DNA of 64,000 bases from Acidobacteriota bacterium (lineage in GTDB: Bacteria > Acidobacteriota > UBA890 > WLXD01): contig CAXWPL010000004.1 in NCBI GenBank assembly GCA_963666215.2, forward strand, positions 832,001 to 896,000, in the 5' to 3' direction. Position numbers and translations under genes: made by a program. The notes under the pieces were generated by a model, which searched no databases, was not told the DNA's origin, and was given only the letters and a program-made list of their open reading frames with translations. The stretch's first letter is position 1. Each line of letters opens with the position of its first letter. Shown in pieces: positions 9,562 through 19,044 of the stretch.

Positions 9562-10721
9562 TGCGACGACAGCTGAGGAAGCGCCGCCGACTCCTGATCG
9601 ATCGACTGCAGCACAGGTTGCTGCTATTCGCCGCGCTCTACATGGCCGGCGTTGCGGTGATCTTTCTGCTGGTGATCTTCCTGCCGCCTGCCCTCGAGCT
9701 GCGCGACCCGGCGCTTTCGGTGGCTCGTCGACGTGACGTGGCCACCGAGCTCATCGGCATTCATCGTCGGCTGTGGCCGGCGCTCGCCGTGGCAGCGTCG
9801 GCGGTTCTGCTGCATGTGCTCTTGACATCGCATCGCATCGCCGGGCCGCTCTACAGAATCCGCACTGTCCTCGCCGCCGTGACGCGTGGCGACCTGTCGG
9901 TCCATACCGGGATTCGCGCGCACGACTACCTCACGAACGAAGCGAGGGTGCTCACCGAAACCGTCGACTCGCTGCGGCGCCAAGTGGAAGTGTTGCGCGA
10001 GCATCGCGATCGACTCACAGCCTCGGTAGCGATGACGGGCGAGGGTCTCCAATCGTGCTCTGTAGCCAAGTCGTGGGTGCACTTCCGCCAAGCGCGAACC
10101 GATCTCGCCCGGTTGAGCGCTGCGATCGACTGGTTCGATCTGGAGGGCGAGTCGCAGCCGGCGGAACCGTTGGCAGTTGGCGCCGGTCCGCCGAGCTCGC
10201 AGCGTCAGTCGGCGGACGCAGCGGGCACGGGGGGAGCCGAAAACGACACCGAGAGCGATGAAGAGCGACCAACACCGTTGCGCGCGGCCGGCTTCTCGCT
10301 TATCGAGGTACTGCTTGTGGTCGGCGTCATCAGCACGATCGCCGCGATCGCCGTTCCGGCGTACATGGAGGTCTACGACAGGGCCCGCGTAGCCAAGGGG
10401 ATTGGTGACGTCGACGCGATCTCGACCGACATCGTCGCCTGGCGCGCCTCCAACAGTGCATACCCCGACACACTCGTGCCGGTCGGCTACTCCGGCTATA
10501 TCGATCCCTACGGCGAGCCGTACGTCTACTACAACGTCGACAAGAACGGCGTAGGCGGCGCGCGTAAGGACCAGTTTCTCAAGCCGCTCAATTCCGATTT
10601 CGATGTCTACAGCATTGGCATGGACGGCAAGTCCACAAGGCCCATCCAGGCCCCGCGGAGCCAGGACGACATCATCCGGGCGGCGAACGGTGGCTTCATC
10701 AACCTTGCCTCGGAGTACTAG
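9558..10721 (+). CDS. 2-TM HAMP-domain protein fused to a GspG-like type IV pilin/pseudopilin
   Basis: SHRIAGPLYRI...GDLS HAMP; internal class III signal RAAG|FSLIEVLLVVGVISTIAAIAVP (Phe codon at 10293); DPYGEPY and DVYSIGMDG GspG-like motifs. Confidence 0.75.
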   Translation: MMRRQLRKRRRLLIDRLQHRLLLFAALYMAGVAVIFLLVIFLPPALELRDPALSVARRRDVATELIGIHRRLWPALAVAASAVLLHVLLTSHRIAGPLYRIRTVLAAVTRGDLSVHTGIRAHDYLTNEARVLTETVDSLRRQVEVLREHRDRLTASVAMTGEGLQSCSVAKSWVHFRQARTDLARLSAAIDWFDLEGESQPAEPLAVGAGPPSSQRQSADAAGTGGAENDTESDEERPTPLRAAGFSLIEVLLVVGVISTIAAIAVPAYMEVYDRARVAKGIGDVDAISTDIVAWRASNSAYPDTLVPVGYSGYIDPYGEPYVYYNVDKNGVGGARKDQFLKPLNSDFDVYSIGMDGKSTRPIQAPRSQDDIIRAANGGFINLASEY

Positions 10722-11106
10722 AGCGTTCTCTCGCACCTGCCGGAGGGGCCGAGTCGCCGCCGCTTTCGTTCGGGCGATTTCTGCCTCGCCGCGCGCACAC
10801 GAACTGCCCGAGCTGGAGATGGCTCCGGTGATCGAGTTCCCGGGCCTCTCCAACCCCGACCCCGGCACCGAGCAAGGCGGCCGGCCGCGCTGATTGCGCG
10901 TGGCACCTGAGACGGAGCCGCGCCAAGAGCTTCGCCGCGCTTCCGCCAACCCGGCGTCGAGCAGCGCTTCGATCTGCTGAGAGTCCGCACTCCGCGCCTG
11001 GTAGGCTGCCGTGCGCATGCACCGGCGTGCTGCGCCGGTTGTTTTCGCTCGCTCGCTCGTTGAGTGGATGCGGTTGATTGGGTGCGGTTGATGTGGTCGG
11101 AAAGCC

Positions 11107-14100
11107 TTGTCTCAGTCCAGCCATGAGCTTCCGGGCGCGCTCAGCCCCGATCGTTCCACTTCGATGAGGGCAGCACGGCTCGTACGCTCTTCCTCGGCGG
11201 CGCGCCGGCTCCTCGCGGCCCAGGAGTGGCTCGCCTCGCAGCTCGAGGCGTCGGCGCCGCCACCCCGACCCGGCTCCGGGACCCTGCTGTTGGCGCCAAC
11301 CCGTGGTGCGGCCGACGACTTGCTGCGCCGCGCCGTTGCCGCCGGCGGCGCATGCGGGGTCTATCGAACCACGCTGCCGCAGGTGGCGGCCGAGCTGGCC
11401 ATACCCGAGCTCGCCGCGGCCGCGCGCGCGCCGGTGAGCGCACTGGGTATCGACGCGCTCGCGGCGCACGCGGTTTCGATTTGCCTGGAGCGAAACCAAC
11501 TACGCTACTTCCGGCCCGTCGCAGAGCTACCCGGGTTCGCACGTGCCGTCGGGGCGACGCTGAGCGAGTTGCGCAAAGGCGGCGTCGAAGCGAAGGCGTT
11601 GGCCGCCGTAGGCCGAGCTGGCCGCGATCTCGAGGCTCTGCTGAGCGTGTTCGACGACGCTCTCTCCCGTTGGGGCCTCGTCGACGAAGCCGACCTGCTC
11701 CGTCTCGCTGCGCGTCGTGTGGAGCGTGCACAGGGCCGCGCCGCCGGCATCATTGGACTGCCTCTACTGCTGGTCGACCTTTCACCCGCGTCGCCGGTCG
11801 AGGAACGCCTCTTGGCCGCCCTATCGGCGGCGGCACCGGCGGTCCTGGCGACCGCGGTCGACGGCGACGACAAGGGCTGCGCGGCGCTACAGCGGTCGCT
11901 GGGATGCGAGCCCGAAGACCTCGACCTGGAGCGGTCGGCTGGCGTCAGCGTCGGGTCGACCACGCGACTCGAGCGGCTGCGCCGAACCGTATTTCGTGCA
12001 GACCATCCCGGCGGCAACGTCGGCGACGACGACGGCACCCGAGCCGTTGGTCCGCCTGCCTCGACGGCGCCGGCCGACCACGACGATGCTCCGCCCCGGC
12101 TTCCGGGCATGGAGCTCGACGATTCTCTCGACGTGCTTTCGGCTCCCGGTGAGGGTCGCGAGTGCGCCGAGATTGCCCGTCGCGTGCTCGAGCACGCGGC
12201 CGCTGGCACGCCGTTCGATCGAATGGCGATCCTGCTGCGCGATCCACACGCCTACATGCCGCTCCTGGAGGAGGCCTGCCGCCGCGCGGGATTGCCCGTT
12301 CATCTCACTCGTGGCGCGGTTCGTCCGCATCCGAGCGGGCGCGCTTTTCTGGCTCTTCTTTCCTGCGCCTCCGAGGGTCTCTCAGCCTCCCGATTTGCCG
12401 AGTACCTGTCGCTGGGCCAGACGCCCGTGCCCGACGCCGAAGGTCGGCCCCGCCTCGTCGAGGTGCCGTGGGTGGAAGCCGAGGGCGCGCAATTGGTCTT
12501 CAAGACGCTGGTCGAGCCGCCGACCGAGGCCGAGCTCGTCGCGGTGGCTTCTACAGCAACCACCCAGCCTGCCGACATCTCCGGGCCCACCGACTTGGCC
12601 GATCCCTTCGATCCGGCCGATGGCACCGCCGACACGTCGCCGGTGCTCGCGGGCACCTTGCGTGTGCCGCGACACTGGGAGCGTCTTCTGGTCGACGCCG
12701 CGGTGGTGGGCGGCCGCGAGCGCTGGCGCCGCCGTCTTCGCGGCCTGAGGGCAGAGCTGCGGTTGCAGCTCGAGTCGCGCGACGAGCCCGACGACAATCG
12801 CGCGGCCCACATTCGTCGGCGACTCGCGCGGCTGCACAACCTGGAGAGTTTCGCCCTGCCGGTAATCGACGCCCTCGCCACGCTTCCTGGTTCGGCGGCT
12901 GCGGCCCTCGAGGGCGCGCCCGGCCAAGGCGCCAGCTGGGGCACGTGGCTCGAGGCGCTGCGCCGGCTCGCGATGCTGACATTGCGCCACCCGGAGCTCG
13001 TGCTCGGTGTGCTCGCCGAGCTGCAACCGATGGACAGCGTCGGCCCCGTGCTGCTCGACGAGGTGCAGCGCACGCTGCACGAGCGGCTGTCGACGCTGCG
13101 GGTGGAGCCGGGGTCGCGCCGCCACGGGCGCTTGTGGGTGGCCTCGATCGACGAAGCACGCGGGCGCGCTTTCGACATCGTTTTTCTGCCTGGGCTTGCT
13201 GAAGGGTTGTTTCCGAGGCGCATTGGCGAAGACCCACTGCTGCTCGACAACGCCCGAGACCTGCTGCAAGCGGCGCTGATAACCAAGGAAGAGCGTTACC
13301 AACACGAGCGACTGCTCTTGCGCATTGCGGCCGGTGCGGCGCGTCGCCGCTTGGTGGTCTCGTACCCCACGCTCGACATGGCGCAGGGTCGGGCGCGAGT
13401 GCCTTCCTTTTACGCGCTCGATGTTCTGCGGGCTGCTGAAGGCAGGCTTCCCGATATCGAGGAGTTGCAGGCACGCGCAGCGGCGAGCACCAGCTCGTTG
13501 CTCGGCTGGCCGGCGCCTCAGGACCCGGCGCGCGCCATCGACGAGGCGGAGTTCGATATCGCCTATCTCGAACCACTGCTGGCGCGTTCTCCGAACGATA
13601 TCGCCGGCCGCGCGCGCTTTCTGTTGGGAACGAACCCGCATCTCGACCGTGCGCTGCGGGCGCGCTGGCATCGCTGGAAGCAGCCCTTTACCCCGGCCGA
13701 CGGCTTGGTGGAGCCCGGCGCCGCTGCGCTGACGGCACTGTCGGGGCACCGTCTGACGGAGCGCAGCTACTCGCCGACAGCGCTGCAGCGATACGCCGCT
13801 TGTCCCTACCAGTTTCTGCTGCACGCCGTCCATCGGCTCAGGCCTCGGCCGGAAGTGGTAGCGCTCGAAAAACTCGACCCACTGACGCGCGGCAGCTTGT
13901 TTCACGAGATCCAGCACGAGTTGCTGATCGAGCTGCGCGACCGTTCGCTTCTGCCGGTTACTGCCGACAATCGCGCCGAGGTCTTCGACGTCGCGGACGC
14001 TGTACTGCAGCGCGTGGCCGCCGTCTATCAAGAGCGGCTGGCGCCAGCGATCCCTCGCGTGTGGCGCAACGAGATCCAGGCGATCGGGACCGATCTGCGC

Positions 14101-14721
14101 GGTTGGCTGCAGCGCGTCGCGCGCGACGACGGCGATTGGATGCCGGCGCATTTCGAGCTCGCCTTCGGGTTGGGCACCCAGCCCGGCCGCGACGAGGCGA
14201 GCCAACCCGACGAAGTCGTTGTGCTCGGCGGCGTTCGGCTGCGCGGCGCGATTGATCTTGTTGAGCGTCGCCGGGTTCCGGGTACCTCGAAAGCCGTGGG
14301 CGGAGATGAAACGGCCGCGCCGACGTGGCGCGTGACCGACCACAAAACAGGCAAGGCTCCACGGGAGCGGTTCCTCGTACTGCGGGGTGGCGAGGTGATG
14401 CAGCCGCTGCTCTACGCGCTCGCCGCCGAAAGCCTACTCGAAGGTCCAGTTGCCTCCGGGCGTCTTTTCTACTGCACCCGTCGCGGCGAATACGAGACCC
14501 GCGAGGTTGAGCTCAACGCCGACACCCGCGCACGGGTCGAGCAGGCGCTCGGCATGATCGACGACGACCTCGCGGCCGGTTTCTTGCCGGCCGCGCCGCG
14601 GGACGGCGCCTGCCGATACTGCGACTACCGCATTGTCTGTGGTCCGTACGAGGAGATTCGCCTGCGTCGCAAGGACCAGGGTCGACTGGCCAGGCTGCGT
14701 CTGCTGAGAGGCACGCCGTGA
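11107..14721 (+). CDS. addB: AddB/RexB-like helicase-nuclease subunit
   Basis: Degenerate helicase core; YSPTALQRYAACPYQF; RGAIDLVE/VTDHKTG PD-(D/E)xK nuclease; CRYCDYRIVC Fe-S staple. Confidence 0.85.
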   Translation: MSQSSHELPGALSPDRSTSMRAARLVRSSSAARRLLAAQEWLASQLEASAPPPRPGSGTLLLAPTRGAADDLLRRAVAAGGACGVYRTTLPQVAAELAIPELAAAARAPVSALGIDALAAHAVSICLERNQLRYFRPVAELPGFARAVGATLSELRKGGVEAKALAAVGRAGRDLEALLSVFDDALSRWGLVDEADLLRLAARRVERAQGRAAGIIGLPLLLVDLSPASPVEERLLAALSAAAPAVLATAVDGDDKGCAALQRSLGCEPEDLDLERSAGVSVGSTTRLERLRRTVFRADHPGGNVGDDDGTRAVGPPASTAPADHDDAPPRLPGMELDDSLDVLSAPGEGRECAEIARRVLEHAAAGTPFDRMAILLRDPHAYMPLLEEACRRAGLPVHLTRGAVRPHPSGRAFLALLSCASEGLSASRFAEYLSLGQTPVPDAEGRPRLVEVPWVEAEGAQLVFKTLVEPPTEAELVAVASTATTQPADISGPTDLADPFDPADGTADTSPVLAGTLRVPRHWERLLVDAAVVGGRERWRRRLRGLRAELRLQLESRDEPDDNRAAHIRRRLARLHNLESFALPVIDALATLPGSAAAALEGAPGQGASWGTWLEALRRLAMLTLRHPELVLGVLAELQPMDSVGPVLLDEVQRTLHERLSTLRVEPGSRRHGRLWVASIDEARGRAFDIVFLPGLAEGLFPRRIGEDPLLLDNARDLLQAALITKEERYQHERLLLRIAAGAARRRLVVSYPTLDMAQGRARVPSFYALDVLRAAEGRLPDIEELQARAAASTSSLLGWPAPQDPARAIDEAEFDIAYLEPLLARSPNDIAGRARFLLGTNPHLDRALRARWHRWKQPFTPADGLVEPGAAALTALSGHRLTERSYSPTALQRYAACPYQFLLHAVHRLRPRPEVVALEKLDPLTRGSLFHEIQHELLIELRDRSLLPVTADNRAEVFDVADAVLQRVAAVYQERLAPAIPRVWRNEIQAIGTDLRGWLQRVARDDGDWMPAHFELAFGLGTQPGRDEASQPDEVVVLGGVRLRGAIDLVERRRVPGTSKAVGGDETAAPTWRVTDHKTGKAPRERFLVLRGGEVMQPLLYALAAESLLEGPVASGRLFYCTRRGEYETREVELNADTRARVEQALGMIDDDLAAGFLPAAPRDGACRYCDYRIVCGPYEEIRLRRKDQGRLARLRLLRGTP

Positions 14722-17700
14722 CGAACCGATCGGACCGATCCGACGGGCCCTCCCAAGGCCGCGAGGGTTGCCAAGGCGGCCGCGAGAACAGTGACGCCGG
14801 CGAACATGCTGCGCTCGCGCAGGTCGTAGACGATGCCATGGCGCGTGAGCGCATTGTCGGCGAGCTGCGCCAGAGCTTCCTCGTCGAGGCGGCGGCCGGG
14901 ACCGGAAAAACCACGATCCTGGTGCGGCGGCTGGTCGCGATGTTGCGCGAGGGCGAGGCGCAAATCGGCGGCATCGTGGCGGTGACCTTCACCAACAAGG
15001 CCGCGGGTGAGCTCAAGTTGCGTCTGCGGCAGGAGCTGGACGTTGCTCGAACGGACGCCGAGCGCCGCGGCCTGACCGAAGCTGCGGCACGGCTGGGCGA
15101 CGCAATCGCGCACCTCGAGGAAGCGCACATCGGCACCATCCACGCGTTCTGCGCCGAAATTCTGCGCGAGCGACCGGTTGAAGCGCGGGTCGACCCGGCC
15201 TTCCGAGAGATCGACGAGGAAGAGGCGACGAGGCTCTACAACCAGGGCTTCCAAACCTGGATCGAGGCCAAGCTCGGGGAGATGCCCGAGGGCCTTACCC
15301 GGGCGCTCAGCCGGCTTGCTCTGCATGCATCGCTCGACGGGCTGACTCCGCTCGCGCGCTTGCGTGACGCCGGACGACGACTGCTCGACTGGCGCGACTT
15401 CGCGGCAGTGTGGACGAGGCGAGAGTTCGCGCGCGAGAGAACGATCGAGCAACTGCAGACGTCCATAGCCGCGCTCGCAAAGCTCCACCGCGACAGCGAG
15501 GTCGACGGCCGGGGTGACGGGTTGCGTGGGGCAATCGAGCCCGCGCGAAGCCTCGACGAGTGGATTCGCAGCTCGATCGACGCCGGCGACCCGCCCGACC
15601 TCGACACGCTCGAGGCTCGGTTGCTGCTCACGTTGCGCGAGCTCAAGCGAAACTCACGAATGAAGGGCCGCGGCTCGTGGCCGGTCGAGGGGTTGTCGCG
15701 CGCCGACGTGGCCACGGCTCGTGACGAGCTCATCGCCGAGCTCGAGGCTTTCAAGACCGAGGCCGATGCGGACCTTGCGGCGCTGCTGCGCTCAGAGCTC
15801 GGCGAGGTTATTAGCGGCTACGAGGAGCTCAAGCATCGCGCCGGGTATCTGGACTTTCTCGACCTTCTACTGAAAGCGCGTGCCCTGATTGTGGGCGACC
15901 GCGGCGTCCGCACCCACCTGCAGCGACGCTTCAGTCACATCCTCGTGGACGAGTTCCAAGACACCGATCCGTTGCAGCTGGAGATTCTTCTGGTGCTCGG
16001 GGCCGACGATCCGGCGGTCGACAGCTGGCGCGACGTTCGCCCCGCCGGCGGCAAGCTGTTTCTGGTGGGCGACCCGAAGCAGTCGATCTATCGCTTCCGG
16101 CGCGCCGACGTGGTGCTCTACGAGGAGGTCAAGGAGCGACTCGTGGCGGCCGGCATGGAGCTGCTCTACCTCAGCCGCAGCTTCCGTTCGGTGCCCGACG
16201 TGCAGGCCGCGGTGAACGGCGCGTTCGCGCCGCTGATGCTCGGCGACCGCACCACCGGGCAGCCTGACTACGTACCGCTCGAGAGTGATCGCGAAAACAT
16301 CGACGGGCAGCCGGCCGTGCTGGCGCTTCCGGTGCCCGAGCCGTACGGCACGTACCGCGTTACCAAGAAAGCTGTCGACGAGGGACAGCCCGAGGTCATC
16401 GCTGCGCTGGTGCGCTGGCTGGTACGCGACAGCGGCTGGCAGGTTCACGACAAGGCGTCCAAGCGACTGCGCGATGTGGAGCCGCGCGACATCGCCCTAC
16501 TGTTCCGGCGCTTTGTGTCGTGGAACACCGACGTCACACGCCGCTACACGCACGCGCTCGAGGCGCGAGGCATCCCGCATCTGCTGGCGGGCGGCCGCTC
16601 GTTCCACCAGCGCGAGGAGGTGGAGACGCTACGCGCCGCGCTGACAGCGATCGAGTGGCCCGACGACGAGCTGTCGGTGTTCGCCACGCTGCGCGGCGGG
16701 TTCTTCGCGATCTCCGATGCCGCGCTCCTGCGTTTCCAAGTGGAGGTGGGCTCGTTGCATCCGTTCCGGCCGCTTGCGGCGGCGGCTGACGCCGCCAAAG
16801 CAGAAGCACAAACACCTCAGGCGGCATCGGGCCTCCGAGAATCTTCTCCGGTGGTGCTCGACGCCGAGCTCGAGCCGATTCGCCAGGCTCTGCAACTGCT
16901 CGCGCACCTGCACGCTCAGCGCAACCGGGTGCCGATTGCGCAGACCATCCATGAGCTGCTATCGGCCACACGCGCGCATGCCGGACTCGCCATGCGCCCC
17001 GCCGGCAATCAGGTGCTCGCCAACGTTCAGCGCGTGAGCGAGCTCGGGCGCGGCTTCGACGTGCGAGGTGGCCTCTCGTTCCGTGGCTTCGTGCAACGGC
17101 TCACCGACGAGGCGGAGCGTCCCGGATCCACGGAGTCGCCGGTACTCGAGGAAGGCGCCGACGGTGTCCGCATCATGACGGTTCATGGTGCCAAGGGGCT
17201 GGAGTTCCCGATCGTCGTGCTCGCCGACATCACCGCGAACCTGACTCACGCCGAGCCCGGCGTCCACATCGATAGCGCACGCGAGCTGTGCGCAACTCGC
17301 GTCCTGGGGTGCTCGCCGTGGGAGTTGGTCGAGGCTGCCGACCTCGAGCGTTCGCGCGACGCGGCCGAAGGCGTACGTCTCGCGTATGTCGCCGCCACGC
17401 GGGCGCGAGACCTGCTCGTGGTGCCGGCAATCGGCGACAAGCCGTGGGAGGGCGGTTGGTGCGGGGCGATGAATCCGGCGATCTACCCGGCGCGTGAGAG
17501 CTGGCGCCAGTCGGAACGCGCTCCAGGTTGTCCGGAGTTCGGCAGTCGCTCGGTTCTCTCGAGGCCGCAGCGCGCCCACGGGGAGGTTGAGCTGTCGGTG
17601 GCTCCCGGACTGCACGAGTCGGAAGTCGGAACCAAGGCCGTGTGGTGGGACCCCAGCGCTCTCGAGCTCGGGATAGAAGGCAACTTCGGGTTGCGTCAGG

Positions 17701-18461
17701 AGCAGCTGCTTGCCGACGTCTCGAAGCCCAGGGCGGCCGTCGGTGACAGCGGTCCAGCGGCGAGCACCCAGCTCGGTCCGGGTGACGACAACTCCGAGCC
17801 GGCGGTGACTCCGAGCGTTGTAGCCGCCGGCAGCGAGTTGCACGAGCGCTGGCAGAGCTGGCGCAAGACCACACTCGAGAGCGGGGCCAGCCCGGAGATC
17901 CAAGTGATCGCCGCTAGCGAGGCATCGCACCTTCCTCCGGGGCCGCCGCCCAGCATCGAGGTTCTTCTTGCCGCTCGCCCCCAAGAGCGTCCGTCCGGTC
18001 GTCGTTTCGGCACGCTTGTCCACACGGTGTTGCGCGATTTGCCGTCACTTCTCGGCTCGCTGGCCGTCGGCGACGTGCCGGTTGACGCCCCGCCCGTGAT
18101 CGGCGATCTGACGCGCTTTCATGCACGCCTGCTGGGCGCTCCCGCCGACGAGGTGAAGGCGGCCATCGCTGCGGTCGAGGGCGCACTGGGGCATGAGCTG
18201 GTCCAGCGTGCTGCGGCCTCCGCGGAAGTGCATCGGGAGCTGCCATTCTTGCTTCGACCCGAGCCGCGCTTCGCGATCGAGGGCATTCTCGACATGGCGT
18301 TCCGCGAGGCCGGCACCGAGGGCTGGACGATCGTCGACTTCAAGACCGACGACGACGTGGAGCACCTTGCCGAGCACTACCGCGTGCAGATGGCCTGGTA
18401 CGTCTCCGCCGTCGAGCAGCTGCTGGGCGGGCCGGTACGCGCGGTACTGCTGGCAATCTGA
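14718..18461 (+). CDS. addA: AddA-like UvrD helicase with C-terminal nuclease
   Basis: EAAAGTGKT, VTFTNKAA, LVDEFQDT, VGDPKQSIYRFR, MTVHGAKGLEF, YVAATRA, GILD...IVDFKT. Confidence 0.92.
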   Translation: MTNRSDRSDGPSQGREGCQGGRENSDAGEHAALAQVVDDAMARERIVGELRQSFLVEAAAGTGKTTILVRRLVAMLREGEAQIGGIVAVTFTNKAAGELKLRLRQELDVARTDAERRGLTEAAARLGDAIAHLEEAHIGTIHAFCAEILRERPVEARVDPAFREIDEEEATRLYNQGFQTWIEAKLGEMPEGLTRALSRLALHASLDGLTPLARLRDAGRRLLDWRDFAAVWTRREFARERTIEQLQTSIAALAKLHRDSEVDGRGDGLRGAIEPARSLDEWIRSSIDAGDPPDLDTLEARLLLTLRELKRNSRMKGRGSWPVEGLSRADVATARDELIAELEAFKTEADADLAALLRSELGEVISGYEELKHRAGYLDFLDLLLKARALIVGDRGVRTHLQRRFSHILVDEFQDTDPLQLEILLVLGADDPAVDSWRDVRPAGGKLFLVGDPKQSIYRFRRADVVLYEEVKERLVAAGMELLYLSRSFRSVPDVQAAVNGAFAPLMLGDRTTGQPDYVPLESDRENIDGQPAVLALPVPEPYGTYRVTKKAVDEGQPEVIAALVRWLVRDSGWQVHDKASKRLRDVEPRDIALLFRRFVSWNTDVTRRYTHALEARGIPHLLAGGRSFHQREEVETLRAALTAIEWPDDELSVFATLRGGFFAISDAALLRFQVEVGSLHPFRPLAAAADAAKAEAQTPQAASGLRESSPVVLDAELEPIRQALQLLAHLHAQRNRVPIAQTIHELLSATRAHAGLAMRPAGNQVLANVQRVSELGRGFDVRGGLSFRGFVQRLTDEAERPGSTESPVLEEGADGVRIMTVHGAKGLEFPIVVLADITANLTHAEPGVHIDSARELCATRVLGCSPWELVEAADLERSRDAAEGVRLAYVAATRARDLLVVPAIGDKPWEGGWCGAMNPAIYPARESWRQSERAPGCPEFGSRSVLSRPQRAHGEVELSVAPGLHESEVGTKAVWWDPSALELGIEGNFGLRQEQLLADVSKPRAAVGDSGPAASTQLGPGDDNSEPAVTPSVVAAGSELHERWQSWRKTTLESGASPEIQVIAASEASHLPPGPPPSIEVLLAARPQERPSGRRFGTLVHTVLRDLPSLLGSLAVGDVPVDAPPVIGDLTRFHARLLGAPADEVKAAIAAVEGALGHELVQRAAASAEVHRELPFLLRPEPRFAIEGILDMAFREAGTEGWTIVDFKTDDDVEHLAEHYRVQMAWYVSAVEQLLGGPVRAVLLAI

Positions 18462-18510
18462 CGGAGAGTCATGGCCGGTCGGATGAAACTTCTGCTTGTG
18501 TGTCTCGTAT

Positions 18511-18555
18511 TTCCTATATTAAATATATCGATAATAGACCTATTTGATACAGGAA
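18511..18555. promoter_or_regulatory. Imperfect inverted repeat, putative operator of PadR-ADOP module 1
   Basis: TTCCTATATTAAATA (18511-18525) and TATTTGATACAGGAA (18541-18555) match at 13/15 positions as an inverted repeat, 15-bp spacer, within an AT island. Confidence 0.6.
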
Positions 18556-18615
18556 TAACGCTGTCGACACCCTGTTGGCTCCACGGAGACGTCAGATGAA
18601 CGCGAATACAAGCCG

Positions 18616-18999
18616 ATGACGAGTGCCGCTCCCGCCAAGGGATTCCTACCGCTTCCGCATCTGGCGTTCCAGGTGCTTGTCTCTCTCGCCGAGGCCGACC
18701 GGCACGGCTACGCGATCGTCAAAGAGGTTGCAGCGCGCAGCGGCGATCGCCCACCGAGCACGGGCTCGCTCTACCTGTCGATCGCGCGGCTGCTCGAAAA
18801 CGGGCTCATCGGCCAGAGTGAGGAGCCCGCCGATGGGGGCGGTCGCCGGGGCCGTGTTTACCGGTTGACCGGGCTCGGGCGTCAGGTGGCCGAAGCCGAG
18901 GCTGATCGTCTAGCCAGCTTGCTCGGGACAGCCGCAGATCGCCGGTTGCTGCCGGCAGGCGCGGCGCATGGCGCGGCCTCCGGGTCGGCGAAGAGTTAG
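18616..18999 (+). CDS. PadR-family transcriptional regulator (module 1)
   Basis: RHGYAIVKEV, TGSLYLSIARL, RVYRLTGLG. Confidence 0.9.
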   Translation: MTSAAPAKGFLPLPHLAFQVLVSLAEADRHGYAIVKEVAARSGDRPPSTGSLYLSIARLLENGLIGQSEEPADGGGRRGRVYRLTGLGRQVAEAEADRLASLLGTAADRRLLPAGAAHGAASGSAKS

Positions 19000-19035
19000 A
19001 AGAGTTAGAAGGCCTAGCAGGGTTAGCAGGAGGAG
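18991..19035 (+). repeat. Degenerate 9-bp tandem repeat with four in-frame TAG codons ending in the SD
   Basis: AAGAGTTAG AAGAGTTAG AAGGCCTAG CAGGGTTAG CAGGAGGAG. Confidence 0.8.
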
Positions 19036-19044
19036 CCGGGCATC

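Noticed and set aside
11107-18461. Helicase-nuclease pair as a novel defence system
   Set aside because: Order, motifs and Fe-S staple match ordinary AddBA recombination repair
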